Below, one piece after another: positions 1-13,800 of a DNA stretch of 64,000 nucleotides. Origin of the DNA: Balanoglossus misakiensis (lineage: Eukaryota; Animalia; Hemichordata); the NCBI GenBank assembly GCA_040954595.2, contig CM082589.2, forward strand, positions 7,003,186 to 7,067,185, written 5' to 3'. Position numbers and translations under genes: made by a program. The notes below the pieces were generated by a model that worked only from the letters and a program-made list of their open reading frames with translations, was not told the DNA's origin and ran no database searches. Each line of letters begins with the position of its first letter. Positions within the stretch are counted from its first letter, which is position 1.

Positions 1-3000
1 TCTGGTTCCGGAGCGGCGTCGACATTTGGCGCATCGCCGTCGTTTTGCTGGCTGTCTTTCGCGGTGGAATCTTTAGGACTCGGTGCAGACGCACCGTCTG
101 CGCTTTCGGAGTCCTTCCCACTCTCGCTTTTCTCTCGGGATTTCTCCGCGGCCATTTCCCGGTCCAGCATGCTGAACTTGATGTGGGCCGTTTCCACAGT
201 CCGGATGATGGCCTTGAGTTCCGGCATCATTTCCCCCTTCTCTCCGGCCTTCGCCTGATCCGGCTTCGGTTCCGCGACGTTCTTGGCGACGCTCTTTTCC
301 GGATCCGAGTTCCTCTTCTCGTCTTCCACCTCCTTGATCATCTGCACTAAGAGATCGCTGCACTTCGACTGCATGTTTTCCGTTTTCCCAGACTCTTGCT
401 CTTGCTCCGCCATGTTCTCAAGCAAACGTGAAGGCACAGTTGGTGGTGACTCCCTTTTCTCGCTGGCAGCGTCACAACCGCCATCTTGGATCGCAGCTCC
501 TTCCTCAGTCTGCTCGGCAACCGACGCCGTATCCTCCCGCCCTTCGACACCCTCCGAGCCGACAACCTTTTCTGGCTGTTTCTCTTCTACAACAGTCGGG
601 GAACTCCTCGCAGGTTCCTGAGACGCGACGTCTCCCGTGTCTTTATCTTCTCTCTCATCCGTTTCCACGGCAACAGCATCGGCAGAACCGGAGGAGCCTC
701 CGTCCTCTTCCAAACTTACTGCAATGGCCGACTCCAGCCCTTCCAACTCTGTCTCTGATTTTGAATTTTCTGCGGCGACCGGACTGATCTTACTGGAGTC
801 TGCAGATTTCTCACTTGCATTGTCTTCAAGTTTTGTCTCCACAGTTTCCGTCACACTGTCAATCTCTTTGACTTCACCAGTCGCGTCCACATTTCCATCA
901 GGCACTTTCTCTTTCTGTAAAACTTCAGTGTGCTTCGCATCAGTTCCTGATGAACTAGCCACATCTTGTTTATCTGTTGTTTCACTTTCCATTGGTTTCT
1001 CAGCCTCTTTTTCAACACTGGTTACCGTTGACGACGCGTCTTTTTCGGCTGCCGTTTCTTCAGAATTCTCACTTGGTCCACTTTTTACATTGCTCATTGC
1101 CTTGTCATCTTCGTCCTTGCTTAGCTCCATGGCAACGATTTCATCAATTCTACTACCATAACTGGCATCTTCTGGTTTAGCGGTTGGCTCACTCTCATAA
1201 ACTTCCTTAACACTTTCCCCGTCATCTTTGGTGTCTGTGTGTATTTCGGTTTGTATGGTATCTTCTGTTTTTGTCTCCAACTCTTTGTCAGCAGAGCCAG
1301 CATCTGGGAGACTTTCCTTTACCTCCTCCTTGCTTATCTGTGCCTCTTGCTTGGGGCTATCAGCGTTAGGAACAAGGTCTTCAGCAACGCTGCTCACTGG
1401 AGCTACGTCTTTTGATTGAATTGTTTCTTTTGTTACTTCCTCTAACGGCTGGGCTTGGTCTTGATCTATCTTCTGCTCGCATGGGTCCTCCTCAGCTGAG
1501 ACATTCTCTCCTTTTTCTTGTGGCGCCCCCTTTTCTTGTGGCGCCTCAGGTTGGGGAGTGTGAGCTTGTGTGTGTTCTGATTCACTCGGCGGTCGTGTCG
1601 GTGACTTCTGTACGTCGGGCACACCCGGTGAATGCCCCACATTGGGTAACGGGGGTGACTGCCCCACCTCGGGCAAGGGTGGGGACTGGTGACCGATCTG
1701 GGATGTGGGAGGTGGTGACTCTCCTGCTTGGGTGAACGGCGGCGACTGTCTCATTCGCGGTAGTGGCGGCGAGTGCCCAGCTGTGGGCAATGTGGGCGAC
1801 TGTCCTGTACAGGGTGGCGACGACCGTCCGTCGTTGGATAGTTGCGATGTCTTTCCCGAATTATTCAGCTGTGGGGATAACCGTCCTGAGTGGGGTGGTG
1901 ACGGGGGTGACTGCCCTGTGTGTCGCAGCGGAGATCGCTTCCTCGTGGGGGGTGACTGTCCGGGCATGGGCAGCTGGGGTGCCTGTCCAAGTATGGGCAG
2001 CGGAGCCAACGGCCCTATGTTCGGCAGAAGGGGCGACTGGGCTGTCGGCAGTACTGGCGAGGTCTGCCCCGTCTGGGGGAACAGCCCGGAGCTTGTCATG
2101 GGCACCGGCTGGTTCTGTCCGTCGCCGGACATCAGGATGCCAGTCGGTAGCAGCGGAGGGGACTCCCTAGCCTGGGAGAACGAGGGGGACTTCCTGACCG
2201 GGTTCAGAAGGGGCGACTTTCTGGAGTGGGACACGGGAGGCGACTTCTTCATCTGGTACGCCGGAGGAGACCTTCCCGCAAAGGCTCCAGGCGGCGATCT
2301 TCCGGCTTTGCTGGACGGCGGTGACTTTCCCACTTGGGGTAAAAAGGGGGGTTTTCCAGTATGGGAAGGAGGTGATTTCCCAGCCTGGGACATCAGAGGT
2401 ACATGAGTAGACGACTGTTGAGTTTGCTCAAACGGCTGCAGTTTCAGAGGGTTTCCTCCTTGTTCGTTCTGCGGATCTTGGCGTTGTCTGGGTCTGGGTT
2501 GAGAATTCTGCAAGACCGACTCCCGGGCGGCTGCTCCTTTCATCTCCCAAGCTCTGAAGGACAGCAGCTTTTCTCGCTGCCGCTCAAAATCCGCCTCCGA
2601 GAACTTGGACGGCAGCTGCGGCATTTGTTGCTGGACGCCTTCGGCGAGTTGTCGGACAAACTGCGATAGGTTGAGTTGATCTGTCGGCATGGAGAACATT
2701 CCGGAGAGACTGTCGAGGTTCCCACCCGATCCCTGTTTCCCGGTCATCCACGGATTAGGCGGCAGCCTGGTGCCTTGTCCCTGTGGTTTTTGGAGTTGTT
2801 TCTGTTGATATTTGGTCTGCTTTTGCTGCTGCTGTTTCTGCTGCTGCTGCTGTTGTTGTTGTTGGGGTCTGTGTGGTGGCAAAAGTGGCTGTCGAATTTG
2901 CTGCATAGTTTCCTTAATGATGTGCTGGTCTGCTTGTCTCAACAGCTCCTCCGCCTGGATACTTTGCTGCGGGTTCTGCGGCAGTTTCGGCGGAAAGGGT

Positions 3001-4966
3001 TCTTTCTTCGGAGATTCATCCGGCAACTGCAGCTCGGCCTTCTGCATCTGTGAGATATTTTGGCTTTTCGGCAACGGCACCTGCTGTGCGAACGGTTCTT
3101 CCTGCCCCGGCTTCTGTGCCTGGCTGTCCGGGGTTGATTTCTTCCTTCTTTCGGACTGCTTTGGGGGACCGAGTTGTTGCTGCTCTTGCTGCAGTGCAGT
3201 CGGCTTCAGTTGTTCGGTTTGCTGTTGGTGTTGCGGAGACTTCATGTCATGCTGCTGACCGGCCGGCAGCTGCTGCTGCGATGGCATTTCACTGCCTGGT
3301 AATGGTGGAGTATTGGTTTTTATCTGTTCTTTGGACTGTTGTGGTTGTTGTTGTCCTACCTCGGGTATGTCTTGCTGCATGTGTTGCTGTTCTTGAGTTT
3401 TCTTCTGTTCAGTTGTGGATGCTTGTTCTCTTTCTCTGAGAAGCTGCTGTGTCATTGGGTTAAAGAGTTGTTCATCTTGCAGCGGCGGTCTGAATGGGCC
3501 AAAAGGCTCTTTGGACAGTTGCTGTGCTATCGATTGGATTTGTTGTTCCTTAGTAGGCTGTCTCATGGGTGGCATTTGCTCTTTCGGCAGCTGCTGACCC
3601 ATTGGGGGAAACGGTTGCTGTGGAGGGTGCTGCAGTTGACCGAAGTGCTGCTGCATTGCATGGTGCTGCTGCTGTTGGTGTTGTTGCTGCTGTTGTTGTT
3701 GCTGTTGCTGTTGCATGGCATGATGCTGCATCTGCTGCTGCAAACCATGATGATGCATTTGCGCCTCGTGCATTTGCTGCTGTGGGTGTTGCTGCATGTG
3801 GGGGTGTTGCTGCTGCTGCTGCATACGGATATTGTTTTGCTGCTGCTGTTGTTGTTGCTGTTGTTGTTGATGCTGCTGCTGAAGTAACTGCTGCTGGAAG
3901 GCCTGCTGGAACTGCGACTGCCTTGGTGGTTGCGGTAATTGTTGCTGCTGTTGGTGTTGCTGCTGCTGATGTTGTTGCTGCTGCTGTTGCTGTTCTTGAG
4001 ATTGCTGCTGCTGTTGTCTTCTGAAATCCATCATCTGTAGTTGTTGAATAAGCTGCATGTGTTGCGGATCTTGATTCGGGAACTGGGTCATCCCAAACGG
4101 CGGCTGGTCCTGGTTTTGCTGTTGATGATCTTGCTGCTGTTGTTGTTGTAGCTGCATGATGTGTTCTTGAATCTGAGCTGAAGTGATTTCGCCCTCATCG
4201 GCTTTCGTTACCGGCGGTGTACTCTTCCCCGTGAGCGCAGAGAACGGAAACTGCGTCGCCGAAATATCACTTTGTAGGAGATTGACCAACAGTGGGCTTG
4301 TTAGCGTGACATCGTGCCTGAGCTTCAAAGAACTGTTGTTTGCGGCGTTGTTATTGTTGTTTGGCTTGTTTGTTGGATCCACAAACGGGAACCGGTTCCC
4401 GGCCGGCAGGCCGAAGTTCTCGCCAGACAGACCAGCAAGATTCAAATTGGGCGGCCTGTTCCTTTCGGGTATATTGCCACCAGACAGCAGCTGGTCCTGT
4501 GTCATTTGCTCGGCAGAAAACTGCGCCATATCCTGCGCGGACATTCCCGGTTTTCCGGCCCTGGCTGTCGGATCCTCGGCGGGCGGGGCAGCCGCTTTCT
4601 TTCGCCGTACCCTCTTCTTCTTGGGGGGCTTAGCAGCCAGCTGCGACAGCTGAGTTGGGAGCTGGGGGCCCAGAGGAAGCTGCGCCAGGCTGGTGGGCGG
4701 CGGACCACTGAACTGCGGCGGTTGGCTCAGGGGCGGGAGCGGGGCCGTACGAAACGTGATTTCGTGGGTCCTGTTGTCCTTGGACATGGTGAGATGGATG
4801 ACATCGTCACCTTCAATCTGCACAGACAGTATTCCCAGATCTCGGAGCGTCTGGTGACCGCTTCGTGCCAGCTCCTGAAGGCGGTGGGCAGCTTCTCTGG
4901 GAATGTTAAACGTGACTCGGATGCTGTTCCATGGCTCTATTTTCTTGATACACAACTCTTCTTTCT
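1..4966 (-). CDS. NCOA6: Nuclear receptor coactivator 6, giant coding exon (continues beyond left edge)
   Basis: ttacag acceptor (AG at 4968-4967), then KEELCIKKIEPWNSIRVTFNIPREAAHRLQELARSGHQTLRDLGILSVQIEGD, matching the NCOA6 N-terminal domain. In-frame DVTLTSPLLVNLLQSDISA near 4260-4312 is the NCOA6 LxxLL-1 box. Q-rich, SP-rich and acidic regions follow. Frame spot-checked as consistent at position 1; not every codon was checked. Confidence 0.92.
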
Positions 4967-5418
4967 CTGTAAGTGTAAGAAAGCCAAGATGTTGCAGTGT
5001 TAGCATCAGATATCTCAACTGCCAATCAGATTTCCATTTATCCACCCTAACTTCGTTGGCATTGAATATTGTGGCGGAAAAGTTGAGTCATAAACATTTT
5101 TTTGCGAAGGGCCATAAATGACATTAGCAGGCTGGGTTATAATCCTCAACTGATAACTGATAACTTAAGTCGCACATCATTTGTAAACTCTGCTAAAACT
5201 TATGACAATATTACTGGTGTGAGCTACAGTTCATCTTGTTCTGTGAAATATAGCACAATTCTGAAGCAGTGTTTTTTGGCATATTTTTTTATGTTAATGA
5301 GTAACTTCGAAACACTTCAAATATGCTTTAAAACAATCAGCAGTACATGTAAACAGTAATTAATTTATTCGCACCATTATATAGTAAAACATTTTTTTTG
5401 GTTTAATTAAAGTCTCAC

Positions 5419-5542
5419 CTTCATCTAACAGACGGCTCAATGTGAGTTTAATGCTCTGCAGATGACTTGATAAGTTCGGATCATCAATATCACCTTGACA
5501 TGTCATCACCAACTCCATACTTGTGGACTTTGGTGGCTCCAT
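5419..5542 (-). CDS. NCOA6: NCOA6 first coding exon
   Basis: MEPPKSTSMELVMTCQGDIDDPNLSSHLQSIKLTLSRLLDE, resembling vertebrate FKGNIDDKDF. 124 nt with a gtgag donor; phase 1 joins 4966 in frame (G+AG=Glu). An upstream ttgcag acceptor implies a further 5' exon. Confidence 0.85.
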
Positions 5543-6579
5543 TTCTGCTGACAGCTGTGTCTGGTGAATCTGCAATAGAGTAACAGAACATGTTTAAAAC
5601 TTCTTGTACCACAGGATTACAAAACTCGCATTCAAAGGAGGGACTGTCACACAAATGAATATTTAACAAAAGGAAAGACAAAAGCTTTATGTAATCCAAT
5701 GCTTGTCCACATTTTGGTCTCAATACTAGTAGCAGTAATTTAAAGCAACGTTAGTGCAGTCTTCATCGTTGGTTTGAACATAATGTAGTTGAGGGGAATC
5801 TTTTGAAAGCAGTAATTTTAGATCCAGGCACATATTTTTCCGGATCAGTGCAGATGCTTACATAAACAACAAATACATAGAAAATAAATGAGTAAATAAA
5901 TAAATAAATTTTAAAAATAAATAAGTCAGTAAATGTGTTAATCACAGAAGATCCGTGTGCAAGTTGCACATACAGTACATGTAAATGCCAAAATGAGTAA
6001 TAGATGTACTGTAGCTAGAACTGTAGAATGAACAAAACACTTGCAGTATCTGAATGACAATGGACATTCACACATCAGCCATATCATGTAATGGTAAAAG
6101 GGTTATGTGCTTATCAGATATTGTCTGGTGGAAGGGAAAGGTTGTGCACTGATCTACTATGGTTTCATAACGGGTACACTGGGATCGAACTGTTCTGGTC
6201 TAAAGGAAATCAAGCGGCTGGCTTGAGTGCCCCGCATTGGCCACAAAACAATCACACAGTACCTCCATGGTTTGGTCAAGTTTGTGCAGTGGTGGTGCAG
6301 CGCTCAACATAAACAATGGGTTCTTGCAAATGTTCAATGCGATTACAGACAACTTTAATCGAATTGCACATCGTTATTTATAGTCTGAGTGACCTGGGGC
6401 TTTTGATTGCACGTAAAATATACCAGTCTGGGAAATAGAGTTCACGGATTATACCGGAAGAGGCATTCATTTTACTGCGGCATGCCACAATGTATTTTGT
6501 ATGGCGTTCGAAAAAAAATCATATAATTCTTCATTTTCGGAACAACCGATGTGCATAAAAATAGAAAAAATGTGTCACC

Positions 6580-7836
6580 TTTACCTCTTAAGTTTTAAAA
6601 GTCTGAAGGAGCGTCACATCGAACAACGAGCAGCTTTGGAACAATGCATTGTTGGTATCCGCTCCGTATTTTCAATTTTTCCGACGCGTCCGCCATTTGC
6701 AAAAGTTATACCGCACATGCGCAAAATCGCATATCGGGAGACGCTCAGCTTCGCTTAAGATTCAACTGCAGATTATTTCGGATAACGTGTACATCATTTG
6801 AAGAAACGGGGACTTTCGGTGTCATCCTCAAAAATTTGCAGAAAGCTGTTTTTGTTGTTGTTGCAAAAATCACTGTTCTCCCAATACATGGCTCTGGGAA
6901 TGCCGCATAGTCAGGAATCACACAATTAATAAGAAACTATCCCTGAATTTCTCCTACAGCTTTTTGACCTATTCAAAATAGCTGGTTTCTTCAGTGAATA
7001 GTACTTTTTCATGACGTTTTAATAAGAATCCAAGTAATGCGACCTACTGGAAACTAGATTATTTATTGATATTTTGTGTATTGTATTTTTAAAAAGATCA
7101 ATGCAATGTGGCATCATTTATCAAACTGGTAAATTTCTATCTCATCTTCATACTTTCATCCCGTTTGGTGACGTGAACAAGGTGGAATTGCAACGTAAAG
7201 CTGGTTCAAATCAGTATTGTAACAGTGAACCTATGTAATAGGCCGATCGCATGTGTCCATTCCTCGACCTGCTGTCCCTCCTATTAAATGTTGAGAACAA
7301 TGTGAAGTGTTTTGTAATTTGTTCCCTTCCTCTATATCCCCTCCCCTGTCCATCCACATATTCTCTCGCAGAGCGCACTCAGCGGTAGAAATGGGACACG
7401 GAACCTGGCTGTATCAGACTATTGATTATCAGTATCACATAACTTTCTGAACGGGTAGACGTAGTATAGGTAAATTTATATTTTAGACACCGACATCACT
7501 ACATTTTGCACGAATAAAAGTTTCGCTATTGTGTGTGTGTGTGTGTGTGTGTGTGTTTGTTTGTTTACATGTATTTGCCCTGCTGTGTCGTGGTTTTCCC
7601 CATTCCAGCGACAGGACTTCAAATCCGAATAAGAATGTGAATCCGAATATATTCGAAGATACCCGATCGACCGGTCGTCGTGCTCTAGCTGTTACCGTTG
7701 TATTCGGTGCAGAGGGACAACACGATATATAGCACTGTGTCAGCTGTGTTCAAAAATACATAAAATTGAGTGCGTGGCGTGTACGTGATTCCAGACTCAC
7801 TGCTGGAGTATCACTGGGAGAGCCAGGCCCGTCAGT
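6580..7836. promoter_or_regulatory. Probable shared divergent promoter and 5'UTR region of NCOA6 and NRBP
   Basis: Head-to-head start codons at 5542(-) and 7837(+). CpG-richer patches; candidate non-coding exon donors near 6586(-) and 7469(+). Transcription starts cannot be determined. Confidence 0.45.
7530..7556. repeat. (TG)n microsatellite
   Basis: About 13 TG units read directly. Confidence 0.95.
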
Positions 7837-10800
7837 ATGTCCAGTGAACCCGAAGACAAGACGGCCAAGGACAGCGGGGACGAAAGTGAAGATGAGAGCG
7901 AAGTTCTGGAAGAAAGTCCGTGTGGGCGCTGGCAGAAGCGACGGGAAGAGGTATGGTAACGATTACAAAATGGGACGTTGCATGTTCTTGTCTGGCCCCT
8001 CCCCGCGACACTTCACTCTTTCGGAGACTGTCGCATCTGAGCTCGATTCTGTAATGACGCAGGACCTTCGCGACCCCACATTTCAATCAGTTTCGCGATA
8101 GAAGTAAATGATGAAGAGAAGAGAAGATAACACAGGAGTATCGTGCGCTTGTTAACATATTGTCAGAGGGGCTGCACTGCACGACTTGTAATTAATTGAG
8201 CATGTTTTGATTTCATTAGCACATTTCCTCGAAGTGTTTGTCAATTACATGTCTTTAAAATACAACGGTTCTCTGTTAACTCACAACGTGTGTGGAAATG
8301 TACAAGATTGTGAAAGACACCATCGCCTGTTCGTCAGAAACTACGCTGTCATATCAACACCTGGCAGACTTTCAATCATGTTCATAGCCATTTGATGGCT
8401 TCTCTCGTGTCTGCAGTGTAATCGACATTTTTTCGGTACATCTGAGATGTCTGTATTGTAGAAATCGAACTACCTGTATCACAGTTTTTCAGCAAACACT
8501 AAGGGTCTAAAATATATGAACAAAGGAACACTGAACATGCCCCGTGCAACTCAATTCACTGCAGCCAACGAGTCTCCTCCGCCATCTTGATTGCAACCCT
8601 CCCATAGTCTATTCACAACATTGAATGACACCCAGTCAGACAGCTTGGCCTGTGTGTTGGCTGAATGAATGACTGCTTTGTTGTGTTTTTTGAGTCCAGT
8701 TCTTAACGTCCGTTGGTTTGAACATCGACACCACAGATACATCAATTAAATTTGCTATTCTCCAAAATAAAATGTTTTCAACTAGGATTTTTATGAGTGA
8801 TTCATACTACCGAAGGCAAAAGATTTTCAAGAAACAACTTTAAAAATTGTCTTGAGCGTTGGACAACTTTTGTTTTTTCCGTGCATTATAATTGTCAGCG
8901 TCTACAAAGAGCTCGCAGCCCAAACAGCATTTATAATACAATAAAAGACTAAGTACACATAATTATAGCCTAGGCTAGAAATAGCCTGAACCAAATTGTT
9001 GGTTATAAGGAATTTTAAAACTAACTAGTCAACATTCCTTTAATTAAGTAATTAAACATGCAAATTAAGAGCTACATTTGGAGATATTTGAAAATAAAGT
9101 AATAAATTATGCCACAGTTCACCTGCTGGTCAAGTGACCTATTTTGTACATCTACTATCAGCATAAAACTTTGCTGGCAAATTTCCAGCCTTGAAAACTT
9201 TGATCAGTAAGGGTACGGTCTTGTTAAAGTAATGCAATATGCCTATATATGGTTAAAAGGGCATGTCCAAGTCTTCCAGTAACTGTGTGATGGCACACTC
9301 AGTTTTATTTGGATGGCCACTCAATTAAAAATCTGTGAGTGGCCAAGACTGTAAGTTCCATGGTAACATTGGTTAATTATAATTGCACAGGTGACTGACT
9401 GTATGCCTGTAATTAATTAATTAATTAAATGTTTTCTTTTCTCTGGTTGAACATCAATTCATGCTTGGCCTTGGTTCAGTGAGCGTAGACCAAATTATTT
9501 AATTAAATGTATTTTCTCAACCATTTGATGAAATGTATGGACTAATTGATATCCACTCCAGACAAAACATAAAATAATCAATATTTCATTTTAATCTATG
9601 TTTTTACAGATTTACTGTATTGGTTTATAAGCCATAGTTTTGTATCCAGACAATTAGTTTATTGTCTAGCTTCTCTTATTTGGAACTTAAAATAAGGTTA
9701 GAATATTTTGACAAGTTGAAGCAAGTTTTCAAAGAATTATTTTTGTAAAAGATAAAGCTTTGTCCACATTTAGACTGGAAAAAAATAGTCAGATATGATT
9801 TTGTCAAGGACATCTTTACATGTCACCTTTGTAATTATTTATAAGTATTTTCATCACGTCCAGTTTCAATGTAAGATTGTTTGTGAAACCCTTCATTACA
9901 GACATCTCTCTATTATCATGAGGACAGATATTTCACAAAGGTCACGGCTTGAATAGAATATTACACGTATTACTATTAAGGACATCTCTAGATTTTCTGA
10001 TCCCAGCGGTGTCCGTAATTACTAGACAGGTTAACACTGTACATGCAATGTGGAAAGAAAATTCATGTTTCATGGAGATTTTATGTCAGTAATGTATCAC
10101 ATTAGCCCCTGTGCCCTCTAACGGGGATGGTTTTAAAAAAAAGCTTAATGAGTCAATTTGAGAATGTCTAGAGAAATTTGCATGAGTCAGCCTTATATCC
10201 TTGCATGTATTACAGATAATTTTCTTGCATCACCAGAGAGTGTGTCGAGTCAGTGTAGCTTAGAGGGCACTCTGATATTGGCTCGGCCACAGACTGTCAT
10301 ACTCCCCTACCCCCCCCCCCCCCTACCCCCAGCCCCTGCTAGCTCAAATATCTTATTCTTCTGACTATAAAGCCAAGCCTAACTATTAAGCTAGGCAATC
10401 TTGGTTCTCAATGCTATATGCTGGAGGGCATTGATGTACTGCAGGGAACAAGTTCAGAATGGCACACTGGAGACTGTGAGAGAGTCTTAAGGTCTGAGTA
10501 AGATATTCATTTATTAAACCTGTCAAATTAGTCTAGTGCCTAGCTGGACGTTCTTTAGTGTTCGCTCCTGAAACTACCTCAGGAGAGATGGAAAAGTAAT
10601 GTACGGCCGCACTAGACTTGTCTACGGTATATCGAATTCCTTTTGATATGAAATAAAACAAGGAGGTTGAACACAACACAGTGAAATAATACAAATTGGT
10701 CTGGGAACAGGTTTATCACTGTCAAATTTCTATCATTGTGTACTGAGACATTCATAGTGCATTTTAATAATAATCACACAAAATTTGTTCTCACTTGCAC

Positions 10801-13800
10801 CACTATGATGTGATACAAACCCTATTTTTCTGGTAGTTTTGGAAGCAAAGTTGATAAAATACGGCTAGATACTAGACTAAGGCCCAGTTCTCTTATCCCT
10901 GATTGTATCCACACAGAAAGTTTTTTGAAGGCAGTCGATGTGTTATTCATCACCACTGGCTGTGTCGTTGACATCATTAGTGGTAGTATAACTTAAACTT
11001 TAAGTATAACTGTGCTGTAGCAATTAAAACGGAGTACAGCAGAGAGAAATACACAAGCCTCTTAAGTCGCGCCTTATTGTTGACAGGAAACTGAGAGAAA
11101 GAAAGACAAGCACACTACAATGATAGCAGTCTCACATCATGACAATGTGTTATGTGTGGGCACACACGTATCAAGGTGTGTACAGTGACGTACCAACCTG
11201 GGTCGTGGGTGTCTGTACAATGTATATGAATTTAGTTGTCTCATATCATGGGACTACATTGAGACTTGATAAAAACTCGCTTCTACTGCTGTCATTTAAA
11301 AAAAAATTGCAAATACATACAAGTACAACTTGGACGAATTAAATTCAATCGTCAAAGAATATGAACTGAAATGTTTGTACATGCTGAACTCTTGATGATG
11401 GATTGTACTCTAAGACTTGTTTATAGACATGCATGGCATGTAAATACCCCTATTTAGCAATAGAACAACCTTTATAACCCATCTATTGAATTTGATGATG
11501 ACCGAAATAGTGTCAAAATTTGCATGTAGTAACTTAGTGACCGTAAAATAAAGTGCGTGAAAGGAAGTTGAAGCATGATAAAGTGGGTCAGTCACATGAG
11601 GACCCGGTTTTTAAACCACCTGCCACGCCGTACATCATTCAGCCTTTCTGCCCTTGACACTGTCACAGTCATGTGATTAACAGCCAGTGACCAATAAAAA
11701 TATCCGACCATTGTGTTTGAATGGTTTTACTACCAGTGCTTTCACAAAGCTGGTTAGTTACACGGCATGTGATTGGTCCATTCAAATACTCTTTACTGAT
11801 GGGTATGCACAGATGTAATATTGATGTAGTTACTGATCAAAGTCTTAGAATAGTCAACAGAGTGGCTGGGTAATAGGCTAGTTTGCTGTCTGGTCAACAA
11901 GGGGGTTACTTGTATTATGGTGTGCAGAACTCGAAAAATGCTGGCTAGATTCTAGACTTCCATATACATGTATGTTGTAAGGCATAACATCAATGTTCAG
12001 GTCAGAGCTGTTCACATAAACTCTATCACAGACTGTCCACACACAGATCTTAGATCAGCCAAAAAAATGAAGTTGCGGGCCAAAGTTGGTAAAAATTGCT
12101 CAGTGTGAACTGTACTAAATCCAGTGTGTGGTATGAAACTTGTCAGATCTTCTGTGTTCACATTTCTGTGAATAGACCCAGTGGACCACTAAACATTGAA
12201 CACTCCCCAGTGACTCACGCAATGTATTCTAGTCACTGTACCAATTGAATGGCTTTTATCATTGTTCACAAAATGTTATTGTCAGATCAGGATTACATGT
12301 TTCGGCTCTGATGAGTTGTACTGATACATATAGCAATACTGTCATCCATCTGACGAAACGGTTTTCGGAGATAATGTACATTTAATAAAGATTAACTAGA
12401 GAAAGTTTGGCTTCAGTCCGAAAGAAAAAATATAAAAAAGTTGAGAAAGTTTGATGTGGTTTAAATTAAGGCGTTCAAACAAAAACATAGCCTGGTCTTT
12501 CCAAAGTTGGGAAATTGTTTTGTAGATGAAAGCTGGTCATTCAAATACCCAACGTGATCATGCAAAGCTGCAGTGACAGTAAAAGCTATTGAAAAGTTGA
12601 ATATCCTTTAAGAGATTAACTGTGTTTTTTCAAAGTAGTCTTAATTAGGCTTTTTACACCATTTAGTAAGTGGAGAGAATTTAGTTGAGAAGTACAATGT
12701 ACTATCATTGTTTTCCTACAAAGCGGTACGAAGATCTTGTGTTGCAAGGCTTGGGAAAGAGTCCAAGAATCTTAAGTCACCTTTCAAAAACCCTGCACAA
12801 GATTATGGCCCACAGCCAGGTGTGTTTGTGAGCAGAAAAAAGACGTTATGATGAACCCTTTTATTTCAGCCGAGCTTACACAAACTTGGCTAGTTTTGCT
12901 CTCCTTAATACAATAGTGGTCCAGGCAGTGGGGAAGTGTTCGTGTTGGCCACTGACGTACACCATCCAATGTCCTTTTCCATCTGGGCATGTTGGCAGCC
13001 CACGTTCTTGCCAAGGCAGTAGTGAGCCATAATATTTCCATCAACTTGACAATATATCTTATAGATAGGAATGTAATGTACTTGTGTTAGCTCAGGAGTT
13101 AATTTGATCACCTCTAAAACCCTAATCCTGGTATGTCATATTGGCCTTGGCTGGATATGGTACAATGTATACAGACATTCTGACTTGGCAGGATAATGAC
13201 CCCTGAATACCAGCTTTTGGTCACCCTTGAAATCATGCAATTTCCGCTGATTTGGCAGGAAGAGGGTTCTGGCATGCTGTGGGTCTGACCACTGTCATTA
13301 TAGCACACTCAAGCATGTATGCACATGATGAATAAATATTCCTCAATATTGAGTACAGAGACTGTTTTGTTAATCCCAAACTATTCATGATCAGATGTTG
13401 GCGTTTCCGGAAGACCGATCCAAGTTTTCCTGCGTGTTTTAGTTGAGTTGATCGCAGACAAAAAATCATCTCGTATTTTTTTCTACTAGATTACCCAGAG
13501 GGAATGCTAATGTCTCTGTGTCCATGCAGTCACCCAGTGCTAATGTGTGGATACACCCAAGCAAATTGAAAGATAGCGAGATTATTGCGGCTGGCACGAT
13601 CGGTTACACACATTAGTGCATTCACACACACACGGCAGTCATAGCCACATTAGTATCAAGATCAGAGAGCCAGACACAATGCTGTCACAGGCCACACTTA
13701 CTGTAAAACACTTTTTTTTTCGCGAGTTAGAATTTTCACGATATCCAGAGAGGCAACTGTTTCGCGAGTATTAATTTTCACATTCTCTTATTTCATTCAC

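Noticed and set aside
45-5003. Many plus-strand ORFs rich in L, C, A and V
   Set aside because: Antisense shadows of the Q/S/P-rich NCOA6 exon.
10529-10618. Short tagtctagtgc/gcactagact inverted repeat
   Set aside because: About 10 bp only, with no convincing target duplication.
12305-12372. CTGATGA...GAAA hammerhead-like spacing
   Set aside because: Stems I-III pair poorly; likely chance.
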